Positions 40,155 through 53,802 of a stretch of 64,000 nt of DNA are shown one piece after another. The translations under genes were made by a program, and so were the position numbers. The notes under the pieces are model-generated. The model made no database searches and was not told the origin of the DNA. It saw only the letters and a program-made list of their open reading frames with translations. The stretch covers positions 12,462,001 through 12,526,000 of the forward strand of contig OZ024757.1 in assembly GCA_964016885.1 (NCBI GenBank). Direction: 5' to 3'. Positions within the stretch are counted from its first letter, which is position 1; every line of letters begins with the position of its first letter. The stretch comes from Eledone cirrhosa (lineage: Eukaryota).

Positions 40155-40318
40155 TCTATATATCTAAAATAGAGAATGCCTAAAACTCAAGAACCACCCA
40201 ACCGATTGTTTTCAAACTTTACACATGTAATACTTATAGTCCTGTGAGTGTTTTGAAAGTGTTCAATGCCCTAGGGACCGCAATAGTCGATTTAGCGATC
40301 TCCGGGCCATTCTGCTAG
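40155..40318 (+). mobile_element. Short non-autonomous Helitron-like element
   Basis: Starts A|TC (tctatatatctaaaa) and ends with a GC-rich segment plus CTAG|T. Confidence 0.5.
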
Positions 40319-40329
40319 TAATATATATA

Positions 40330-40530
40330 GCTTAGTGGTTAGAGCATTGGGCTTGTAATTGAAAGATTGTGAGTTCAATTCTCGGACCGGGTGATGTGTT
40401 ATGTCCTTGAGCAAGACACTTTATTTCACGTTGCTCCTTCTACCTGGAGTTGTGACAAATAGATAGTATTAGCAATTGGAAAGACCAATGGAAACATTGT
40501 TTCTTCGGTTCAATTTGACGAAAGTCGATC
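40330..40530 (+). mobile_element. tRNA-derived SINE (paralog of 24218-24420)
   Basis: A and B boxes plus the shared core. Confidence 0.8.
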
Positions 40531-41259
40531 GACTGACGATATATGTATATGTGTCACTTGCTGGATCTGCTAGAAGGACCCAGATAATATGAGATGTTTT
40601 CCCGGCTGTATCATATACTGCAAATCTATGCAGATGTATACACATATATACACAAACACATAAAGATACACATGTAATTATACACACATAGAAGTGGTTG
40701 ATAGCTTCTGTGACTTAATTAGCAGTGGAGGATGACTGTATAACACCTGCCAATAAAATATGATGCTGCATGGTAGTGAAACAAGGGCTTTGACAGCAGA
40801 AAAAAAGTGTAGACTGGAGAGAAATGAAGCAACCATGCTTCATTGGATGTGCCATTTAAGTGTGAGAGAAAGGCAGAGCTTGGACAAGTTCAAGAAGAAG
40901 CTGGGTTTAAGAGGGAACTTAAGAGATGTGTAAGAGAGAAGACTGCATTGGTATGGACATGTGATACACATGGATAATGACAGGTGGGTGAAGAAGTGCC
41001 AGGACATCCCAGTAGAAGGAAGCCATAGTAGAGGTAGACCAAGAAAAACCTGGACAGAGGCTGTGTGAACTGACTTCAAATGACTGACTCTCACAGAGGA
41101 GATGACAAAGGAACACGACAAGTTGAAAGATGCCATGTTGAGAAGGACATGTCCAACCCAAGCAAGCATAGAAAAACAGACATAAAAAACAGTGATGATG
41201 TTGATGAAGATAACGTACATATACACACATACATAATAAATAAATCAAATAGATATGCA

Positions 41260-41606
41260 CAGTGGAGGCACATGGCTTAGTGGTTAGAGCTTTGGCCTTG
41301 CATTCGAAAGGTTGTAAGTTCAATTCTCAGACCGTGTGATGTGTTGTTTCCTTGAGCAAGACACTTTATTTCACATTGCTCCAGTTTACTCAGCTGTAGA
41401 AATGAGATGATAGGGACTGGGGTTCATATAATTCCACTGCAAAGTGGTCGTGGAGATGTCAAGGCAAAAAAGCACCCAGCACTCTCTGTAAATGAGGTTG
41501 GTGTTAGGAAGGGCATCCAGCTGTAGAAATCAAGCCTGAATCAGTTCAGTCCCACCTTTGCAAGCAGGGAAAAGCAGACGTAAAATGATGATGATGATGA
41601 TGATGA
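41260..41606 (+). mobile_element. tRNA-derived SINE with RTE family A tail (paralog of 25183-25510)
   Basis: A and B boxes and the tail cttgcaagcagggaaaagcagacgtaaaa(tga)n. Confidence 0.8.
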
Positions 41607-41926
41607 TATGCACATACTTATATACAAACATACACATGGACACAAATTTCTACACACATACATTCACATATATGTAGCGTATGTCAATTCTAAACAATAC
41701 AGTTTTGTCAGCACAAGTCTTGGTTACAACTTCTACAAATAAAATGAAAGGAGAATTTCTTAGTAAAACAGTTTTATTCGAGATATTAACAACATTGGTG
41801 GCACTATTTTAGGTGAGTGCAGATGACGAAGGACTGTGACAAGTGGAGAGATGCTTTGCTGAATAGGACCCATCCCACCCTTGCAAGCAGGGAAAAGCGG
41901 ACGTAAAGTGATGATGATGATGATGA

Positions 41927-42562
<636 letters not shown>

Positions 42563-42936
42563 CTATATTAGTGAGTCCTATCAGAATGAATTTTTCACTA
42601 AACTGCCATAGAGCAGACCTCTCTAGAGATAGAAGGATAACATTTATAGAGCATGTGGGAATACTACTGTTTGCATTGGAGAGAATTACTCTGGACAGGA
42701 AAGTTGATATCTACAGTTTACCAATATAGAAATATAAAATTTCCACTGTTAAATCTATCTCTGCTTCTTAAGTATTCTGTATTATCTCATACTGTTTCTT
42801 TTTTATTTCAGAATACCAGATGACATTGGGATAAATTATTATTTTCAATCTCGGATACATCACCTCTATTTATCATCATTTGAAGACTATTAACAGAAAT
42901 CACAGTTGAGGGAAATATAGAAGATATATTTTTTAG

Positions 42937-44177
<1,241 letters not shown>

Positions 44178-44489
44178 CGCATTGACATCAGAGATAAATC
44201 CTCACAAAATTGTGAATTAATGAGAATACAAATATATATCAGTGTAATATCTATGGTAAATGATACATCAATGTTACATTAACTTCACACAAACATATAC
44301 AGGTGGGAAGCCATATCACTTTGATATGTTTGGAAAATATATCTTTTAATGGAGCAATTTAACTAAATATATGCATAGATGAGGGAAACCATATCATTAT
44401 CATCATCATTTTACGTCCGCTTTTCCCTGCTTGCAAAGGTGGGATGGGTCCTATTCAGCAAAGCATCTCTTCACTTGTCACGGTCCTTA

Positions 44490-45247
44490 AAACGTATACC
44501 TTTGTGTCTAGTCAAGGCACTACTATCAGAGTGATATGGCTTCTCACCAGGAATACTAAACACTTTAGATTGTGTTTCACATTTAATCTTCTCACTCAAT
44601 TTATTTGGCATAATGATATTTTCTTCAACAGAATATACAATTGATTTACTTGTAATATTTCTTATATTATATTCCTAAATAATATATCTTCTATATTTCC
44701 CTCAACTGTGATTTCAGTTGATATCTGAAGATAATACAAACTTATGTTTCACCCAAGTTTAGTTAAAATACAAAACTATCTCACAGTGAAGAAAATAGAC
44801 TCAGTTCTGAGGAAATATTTCACAGTAATGGAACTATAGATTTATATAAACAGCGTTATATAAGTTCTGTTTAAAATGTTTTAGTCTTCAAATGATGATA
44901 AATATAGGTGATGTATCCAAGATTGAAAATAATAATTTATGCCAATGTAATCTGCTATTCTGAAATGAAAAAGAAACAGTATGAGATAATACAGAATACT
45001 TTAGAAGCAGAGATAGATTTAACAGTGGAAATTTTATATTTCTATATTGATAAACTATAGATGTCAACTTTCCTTTCCAGAGCAATTCTCTCCAATGTAA
45101 GCAGTGGTATTCAAGCAAGCTCTGCAAATTATATCCTTCTATCTCTAGAGAGGTCTGCTCTATGGCAGTTTAGTGAAAAATTCATTCTGATAGGACTTTC
45201 TAACGTAGCTATCATCTCTTCTTCTGGTGACATGTCAACACAGGTTT
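44490..45247 (-). pseudogene. 5' remnant of a C2H2-ZNF gene with the finger array deleted
   Basis: Homologous to 28085-28605, with an extra ~165 bp at 44722-44885. Only fragments of fingers remain. Confidence 0.8.
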
Positions 45248-45409
45248 AACATATACATATATAAATATATACACACATACATATATATAAATATATATAC
45301 ACACACATATATACATATACACATATATAAATATATATACACACACATATATACATATACACATATATATATACATATATGATGATGATGATGATATGTA
45401 TATATATGC

Positions 45410-46672
45410 AACTTTTACAAACAACCGCAATGACAGAGGATGGAGACATCATTATGCTAGCAGGGGACTTCAATGGTCATGTTGGACAGCTCCAGGACGG
45501 TTACATTGGGGTACATGGTGGGCACGGTTACGGCTCAAGAAATGAAGAAGGAGTGAGACTTCTTGAATTTTGTGATGCAAGTACACTAACTGTTTGCAAC
45601 ACAAACTTCCAGAAACCTGCCAACCACCTAATAACCTACAAATCAGGCGAGCACATAAGCCAGATTGACTTCTTACTAGTTAGGCAGCGGGACAGGCAGA
45701 TGGTGTCAAATACCAAGGCATACCCTGGGGAAGAATGTACCCCACAGCATAGGTTAGTCGTTAGTGATATCTCAGTAAGCAAGAGATGGAATGAGACATA
45801 CAGGAAGGTGTGGAGAAGAAAGGTCTGGAAGCTAAAAGAGCTTTCACTAAAATACAAATTTAGGAAAGCCCTTCAAGATGTGTATGACGAAAAAGAAGAC
45901 GATTTAGAGACGTATGACATAGATAATAACTGGAATTTCTTACGTGACAACTTACTGCAGGCTACTGATGAAACTTGTGGCTGGAGCAGAGCTCCAACCA
46001 GGCAGAGTGTGACCTGGTGGTGGAACATCACAGTAGATAAGGCCATTAGAGACAAAACACTAGCATGGAAAGCTTGGAAAAAGGGTGGGAGTAGAGAAGG
46101 ATATACAGCCGCTAAGAGAGAAACTAGATGTCAGGTGTACTTAGTACGCAGGGAGGCTGAGAGTAGGAGGTTTGCCAATGTTCTGCGATGGGAAGATCAG
46201 AGGTGTGCGGTGTTCCACATTGCAAGGCAGTGTGTCAATTCAAATCAGGATGTTGTTGTAGATAAATGTGTCCGGAATGATGCCGGTGTACTTAGTGTCA
46301 TGAATGATCAGATAAAGTAGGCCTGGAAATGTCATTATGAGAGACTGATGAATGTGGAGCATGAATGGGAGAGAGAGAAATTACCCTCAGTAGATCCGAC
46401 AGAGTGACCAGCTATTGAAATTGACGAATATAGGGTACAAGAGGCGACTAAGGAAATGAAAAATGGTAAGGCTTCTGGACCGTCGAGGATAGTTGCTGAG
46501 ATGCTGATGGTATCAGGGGATGTAGGCACTAAACTGGTTGCACACATCATCAATCAGGCTATATATGGTGGTGTCATACCCAAAGACTGGTGCAGCAGTA
46601 TTCACATAAATTGCTACAAAGGTAAAAGGGATGCTCTGGAGAGGAGCAATTATAGGGGTATAACTGATGGAT
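45410..46672 (+). mobile_element. RTE family A 5' portion (APE C-terminal half, linker, RT N-terminus)
   Basis: AGDFNGHVG, SQIDFLL, PQHRLVV, TWWWN, GKASGP, NYRGI. Confidence 0.9.
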
Positions 46673-47999
46673 CAGCTTGCAAGGGTGGGACGGGTCTTAT
46701 TCAGCACAGCATCTCTCCACTTGTAACGGTCCTTTGTCATCTCCACCGTGAGTTTCAGCAATCTGAGGTCTGTTCTCACCACCTCCGCCCATGTTTTTCG
46801 TGGTCTACCTCTAATATGTCTTCCTTCAACTGGCATTTCCTGGCACTTCTTCACCCATCGGTCTTCCTCCATGCGCATCATATGTCCATACCACCTCAGT
46901 CTCCTCTCCCGTACACTACATCCTATCTCTCTCAGACACAGTTTCTCTCTCAACACATCTATGCTGGGTCGTTCACACACATTGACATTGCACATCCAAC
47001 GGAGCATGCTTGCCTCATTTCTCTCCAGCCGTCGCATATCCTCTGCAGTTGCTGCCCATGTCTCACTACCATGCAGCATCGCGCTCCTCACACGGGCATC
47101 ATATAACTGGCCTTTCGTACGCAGGGAGAAACCCAACTTTGACAGTAGCCCCCTAAACTTCTTCCAACCCGTCGTTATTCTAGATACTATGGCCTCGGAC
47201 CCCCCCATGCTAATCCGATCTCCTAGGTACCAGAAGCTATCCACCACTTCTATAGCACCCGCCTGCATTTGAAAAATGTGTCTATCACTGTCTACGTATT
47301 TCTCCCTACCTGTTAGTTTGCCTGATAACCCGCTACATCTCTTGTGTACCCAGATATGCATTGTGTGCATTTTATAGAATTTATGCCAGTTCCTTTTCTG
47401 CATATCGAACATGGCCATTTCCCTGATGGAATCAGAGTTTTGTCCTCTTTTCTACTCATCAACACTTTTGTCTTATCTAGGTTCACTCTCAGTCCTCTTG
47501 CTTCCAACTGCTGTTTCCATAGCCAGAATTTATTCTCTAACTCCTCTACTGATTCTGCTATAAGAACCAGATCATCAGTATAGAGAAGTTCCCATGGACA
47601 GCCAGTCTTAAACTCCTCTGTTATGGCTTGGAGGACTATAATGAACAAGAGCGGGCTGAGGACCGAACCTTGATGTACTCCTACTTGTATCTGGAATTCC
47701 TCACTAAACTCCATTCCTACCCTGACTTTACTGAGAGTACCTCTGTACAAAGTTGGCACTGTCCTCACAAGCCATTCCTCAACACCTAGTTTCCTTAGGG
47801 ACCACCATGACAGATCGGGGTACCCTATCAAAGGCCTTCTCTAGGTCAACAAAGGCTAAGTATAGAGTATAGTGGCTTATTCATCTCTAAGAACCTCTCT
47901 TGTAATTGTCTCACCAAGAAGAGGGCATCTGTTGTACTTTTCCCAGGCACAAAACCAAACTGCATCTCATCTAGTTTAACCCTTTCATAAACTGATCCA
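46673..47999 (-). mobile_element. RTE family A 3' portion, inverted relative to 45410-46672
   Basis: ORFs 47313-47831 (VHQGS, LYTDD) and 46672-47418. It resumes at 'tggatcag', where the plus-strand part stops. Confidence 0.9.
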
Positions 48000-48049
48000 C
48001 ATATATATATCCATATATATATGTCTATATATATATATACACATATATA

Positions 48050-49305
48050 TATGTCTAAGACTAAAGTACTTATTTGTAGAAAGGAAAATAAGGCGCAGGT
48101 CCCCTCAGGGAAATGGCCATGCTCAGTGTGTAGGAAAGGAGTAGGCAGAAATTCCATTTTATGTCCCAAATGCAAAGTATGGGTACATAAAAGATGTAGT
48201 GGGATCACAGGTAAACTATCTAAGAACATAGACTTTATATGTGGCCAATGCTCAGGTGCAATAAGTAGCAAGTGTCCACAGGATACTAGCTCCTTCTATT
48301 GCCCAGATGGTTCTATAGAAATAGTAGACACTTTCCGTTACCTGGGGGACGAAATCAGTAGTGGTGGAGGGTGCTCTGAAAGTACAGTAGCCAGAGTCAG
48401 AACGGGATGGAAAGAGTTCAGAGAGCTTATACCACTGTTGGCCGCTAAAGGTTTTTCTCTAAAAATGAAAGGCATATTGTATGATGCTTGTATATGAACA
48501 GCAATGCTACATGGCAGTGAGACACGGGCATTAAGTGCAGAGGACCTGCGTAGACTGGAAAGGAACAAAGCATGCATGCTCCGTTGGATGTGTAATAGTA
48601 ATATACGTGAACGGCAAAGCATAAATGAACTAAGTGAGAAATTAGGAATAAGAGGGATCAGATGCTGTTTACTCAAGAGAATACTACGTTGGTATGGCCA
48701 CGTGATGCGCATGTAAGACGACAGCTGCATAAAAATGTGCAGGGTGATCAAAATTGATGGTAGTTACGGAGTAGATAGACCCAGAAAAACCTGTGACGAT
48801 CTGATAAATTCCGACATTACACACTTGCACCTCTCTAAGACAATGTCACTGGAACGAGATCCTTGGCGCTACGCAGTAATACAGAAGACCCGCCTTCCCT
48901 ATCTACAAAGCGAAACCTACAATCAGTAGGCACCTCTTAACCAAATATACACCCCAATCCACTACCCCTACCCTATCCTCCCACTCCCACCAACACCACC
49001 CTCTCTCTATAAAGTTGCTATCACAACATCCAGTCCAAATAAATGAGAGAATGAGATCGAGATAGTGTAGGTATAAAAAAAACACACAGTCCATGCTGTA
49101 ATGTGGCCGTGTAGGTAACACGGTAAAAAGTTCCCAGTTCCACACTGTAAATGTGGTTGGTGTTAGGAAGGGCATCCAGCCGTAGAAAACCTGCCAGATA
49201 GTCCTATATGAGTGAGACACAGTCACCTGACCAACCTTGCCTCAAGTGGGACAACTCCCGTCTAACCCATGCTAGCGTGGAAAATGGACGTTAAACGAAG
49301 ATGAT
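48050..49305 (+). mobile_element. RTE family B 3' portion (PHD-like finger, thumb, 3'UTR)
   Basis: ORF 48021-48497 reads CSVC..CPKC..WVHKRC..CGQC, FRYLGD. Tail ggacgttaaacgaagatg. Confidence 0.9.
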
Positions 49306-49427
49306 ACATACATATATATATACATATATACGTACATATATATATACATATATACATATACATTTATATATATACATATATATATACATTTGTATATATA
49401 TACATATATATATATATACATATATAC

Positions 49428-50515
49428 ATGGCTTATATAGCTCTCATAAGCGATTCATCTACACCTAGTTTTCTAAGAGCCCACCAGATAATGGAGCGGG
49501 GGACTCTGTCAAAGGCTTTCTCCAGGTCTACAAAAGCTCAGTAGAGGGGTTTACTTTTATCTAGGTACTTCTCCTGTAGTTGTCGTACAAGGAAAAGAGC
49601 GTCTGTGGTACTTTTACCCGACACAAACTCAAACTGCATTTCATCTAGATCAATTCGCTCTCTGTGACCTTGATGACCTGGTCAACTAACTTAATGCCTC
49701 TATAGTTTCCCCTATCTAGAGCATCCCCTTTACAGTTAATGACTGCTACACCAGTCCTTTGGTATGACCCCATTCTGTATTACTTGGTTTACTAACTGGA
49801 TGACTATAGTGTGCCCCACCATACCAGATGCCTTCAACATCTCACCAACTATCTCCGAAGGCCCAGCTGCCTTGCCTGTGTTCATATCTTTGATTGCCTT
49901 ACTTATTATACTACCTTTAACTTGCAATGCTGGTCCCTCTATTGGATCGATTTGGGGCAGACTATCTTTTTCCCAGTTATTGTCCTCATTTAGGAGCCTC
50001 TCGTAGTGACACTTCCAAGCTATCTTCTTATCAGTATCAGTGAGGGCAAGTACACCATTATCATTACGGACTCACTTCTCCCCGACAATATCATGATTTT
50101 CCTTGCCTAGCAATCCTGAACACCTCACGTTTTTGGTCCTCTTGTTGTAGAAAATGCTTGATCTTTCTATCCTCTGCTTCCCTTTTTGCAAGGTACACTT
50201 GTCTCCTGACAACTTGATAGTGCTCTCTATTAACCCCATCCTGCCATACTTTCCAAGTCTGCTTTTTGGCCTTGATTGTCTCCTCCACCTTACTGTTCCA
50301 CCACCAAGTTACTCTCCTCCTGCCTACAGGTCTGCTCCAGTCACAGATTTCATCCGTCGCTTTCAGCAGGTTCACTTTCAAAAACTCCCACTGTTCCTCT
50401 ATATTGTATGTCTCTAATTGCTCTTTCTTACTGTCAAAAGCATCAAGTAATAAGCTTTTAAATTTGTGACTGGCTGTGGGGTCCTTCAACTTCCACATTT
50501 TTCTCCTCAAGGTAG
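49428..50515 (-). mobile_element. RTE family B middle portion
   Basis: ORFs 50091-50534 and 49736-49927 are homologous to 36491-37400. Confidence 0.88.
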
Positions 50516-50516
50516 T

Positions 50517-52570
50517 CTTTTGTTTTATGTTCATTGTTCAACACACATATACATATAATTGACATTCTCTTTGGAATTACTGATGAAACTTGTTAGTGAC
50601 ACAACTACAAGAGAGGTTCCTAGCCAAGATTAAGTTGCTTTATTTAGCTTTTGTAGATCTAGAAAAGGCCTTTGACAGAGTACCTCACTCTGTTATCTGC
50701 TGGTCCTTCAGAAATTTAGGTGTAGAAGAATGGCTTGTGAGAGCAGTGCAAGCCATGTACAGAGGAGCTGTCAGTAAAGTGAGAGTAGGAAGTGAGTTTA
50801 GTGAGGAATTCAATGTACAGGTAGGTGTTCATCATGGTTCAGTTCACAACCCACTGCTGTTCTTCATAGTTCTCCAGGCCATAACCAATGGGTTTAAGAC
50901 TGGTCCTTATAGCTGACTCCATAAAAGAACTACAGAATAAGTGAGCCTACTGCATATGTAGGAAAGGAGTAGGCATAAACTGTACACAATGATAGCTTCT
51001 GCTATCTAGTGAATGTGAGAGGAAGACAGAGCTTGGATAAATTTAGGAAGAAATTGGACTTCAGAGGAAAACGATGGTGTGCAAGAGAGAAGACTGCATT
51101 GGTAGGGATATGTGATATGCATGGATGGTGATCACTGGTTAAAGAAGTGCCACAGAATACCAGAGGAGGGAAACCATACTAGAGGTAGACCAAGGAAGAC
51201 CAGGGTTGATGTGGTGAGAGCTGATCTCAAATTGCTGAGACTCACAGAGAAAATAACGAAGGAACAAGCGAGTGGGGAGGTGTTGTGCTTAAAAGGACCC
51301 ATCCAACCCATGCCAGGACTAAAAAACGGACGTAAAACTATGATGATGTAGATGAAGTAAATTAAATCAAAACAGATTTAGACTAAAACGAACAAAACTT
51401 CCCTGAAACATCAACAAGGTACAGCTAAATATAGAATATATTTTATAATGTAAGGTAGTGAACCACATAATTAAATAGACGGAGGTAATTTAAATAATAA
51501 AAATATCTTTAATTTACTTAAAGCAATAACAAGGTACACCTAAATATAAAAAAAATATTTTATAATGGAAGGTAGTGAACAAGATAATTAAATAGACGGA
51601 GGTATTTTAAATAATAAAGACAGTCATGATAACAATATATTTTATATCACATGTAACAGTGGAATCTGCTGATTGAAAAATATCACATCAACATTTCAGT
51701 TTGGAAGTGTTTTTTCTATATAAGTGGAGGAAGAAATATATTTTTCTAATTTGTTATATATATTTTCACTTGTATATAATTACTGGGTCGTTGTAGGGTT
51801 CACATAATTATATTATTTACATACATTAATATATACATTAAGTAAATCTTTGTCAACTTACCTCCTTCACATATAATCAATGTGTTGTGTTGTTAGTTGT
51901 TACTAAACAACCAAAGAAATAATCTCTTTGTTATCAAATTAGAAGTTTCAAAGATGTTATCAGCTTTATTTCACATTAACGTTGGTGTATTTTCTTCATC
52001 TTTAGTCATAAATTGATATCTCGTCAGAATGAAGTAGTGAGGCTGACTTTATGTCTTTAGCTACAGATTTGATAGGAAATATATATATATATTAGGTTGA
52101 TATGTGGTCTAAAATATATATATTGTCTATAAATGACTGATAGCAGATGTTCTGGTGAAATAGTAGTTTTACTACTACAGATTGTAATGGAACTCTTAGT
52201 AGACACAATTGTAAAGTAAGAATAGATATGACAGTGTAAGACTGATGTCGGGGAAAGAAAATTGTGTATATATATAATTGTTACACAAGATATAATTAGA
52301 TTAATTAAAGTTATAATGAAGACAGCAGGTACTCGGTGTCCTTGCGAATTATTCAACTCTCGTACCGGTGTCATTCGTTAAAAGTCCCAGATATAATTTA
52401 ATACCTTCAGACACGGTTCTGATCGTATTTAATTGATTGTAAATCAGAAAGTATCACTCAGTAAAATATCAATTATACATCAATAAGAAAACCTCTACGT
52501 AGTCTCTCTAACTGCTAGAAATAGCAGTGATATTATCCATTACAACTTAGTTTTTTGTTTTAAATCTCCA
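50517..52570 (+). repeat. Segmental duplication, partial copy C
   Basis: Colinear with 18028-20105 and 32697-34325. Confidence 0.88.
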
Positions 52571-52654
52571 AACTTTAGTTATACAATCAACAGCAAATCT
52601 TTTGTACACACTTCGGAATAAACTGGAAGACCGTCAGAATATCATTCTCCCTCT

Positions 52655-52715
<61 letters not shown>

Positions 52716-53097
52716 TTAGGTTTGTTGGTTCACCACTGGATAGAACTGGTCATTCCGTATAGTCAACCTTGATGTAATATTAGGGAGAGCACTCGACGTA
52801 ATCCTATATTTCAGGTTATTGTTATCATGACTGTCTTTATTATTTGGTCTGAGAGTCGGCCCTTGTGGCCAATAAATGAAATCATTATTTGGTCTGAGTT
52901 CAAATCCTGCCGAGGTTAACTTTGCCTTTCATCCTTACGCGGTCGATAAAATAAAGTACCAGTCACGCACTGGGGTCGCTTTAATAGACCCCCCCCCCCA
53001 TTGCAGGCCTTGTGCCTAAATAAGAAACCATTATAACTTTAATTAATCTAATTATATCTCTTGTGTAACAATTATATATATATATATATATATATAT

Positions 53098-53697
53098 AGG
53101 AACGAGTAGGACCCCGACGGCTGAGCTCAAGCCGTTTCGACGGCTAATTCTGGACTAAATGAAAATTTTTATCCTGGTATTTGAATAGCCGAGCTTCTCA
53201 AGGGGTAATTCCATATATGGTAAAAGTGATTGTCACAAGGAGGGGTGGAGGAGACCCATCCACCCCCTCTCCCTCTTTCTCCTACTTGCAGGTTTAGCTA
53301 CCCCTTCCCTCCACAAATTGCCATCATAGAATTGTTGTCTCAACTACAAACTGTTGACCAATCCCTGTGACAATCACTTTAACCATATATGGAATTACCC
53401 CTTGAGAAGCTCGGCTATTCAAATACCAGGATAAAAATTTTCATTTAGTCCAGAATTAGCCGTCGAAACGGCTTGAACTCAGCCGTCGGGGTCCTACTCG
53501 TTCCTATTACCCACTCTACTACCCTAAGTATTGAGTACTTTGGTGCGTTATGGTCCACCTGGTTCCTTACCACATTTCTTCCGTTATATATATATATAAG
53601 GAGGGGTGGAGGAGACCCATCCACCCCCTCTCCCTCTTTCTCCTACTTGCAGGTTTAGCTACCCCTTCCCTCCACAAATTGCCATCATAGAATTGTG
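53098..53697. mobile_element. Unclassified structured insertion with inverted and direct repeats
   Basis: 53098-53237 is the reverse complement of ~53366-53506, and 53238-53336 is repeated at 53599-53697. Flanked by (TA)n. Confidence 0.7.
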
Positions 53698-53802
53698 TAT
53701 ATATAAATATATATATACACAATTTTCTCTCCCCGACATCAGTCTTACACTGTTATATCTATTCTTACTTTACAATTGTGTCTATTAAGAGTTCCATTAC
53801 AA

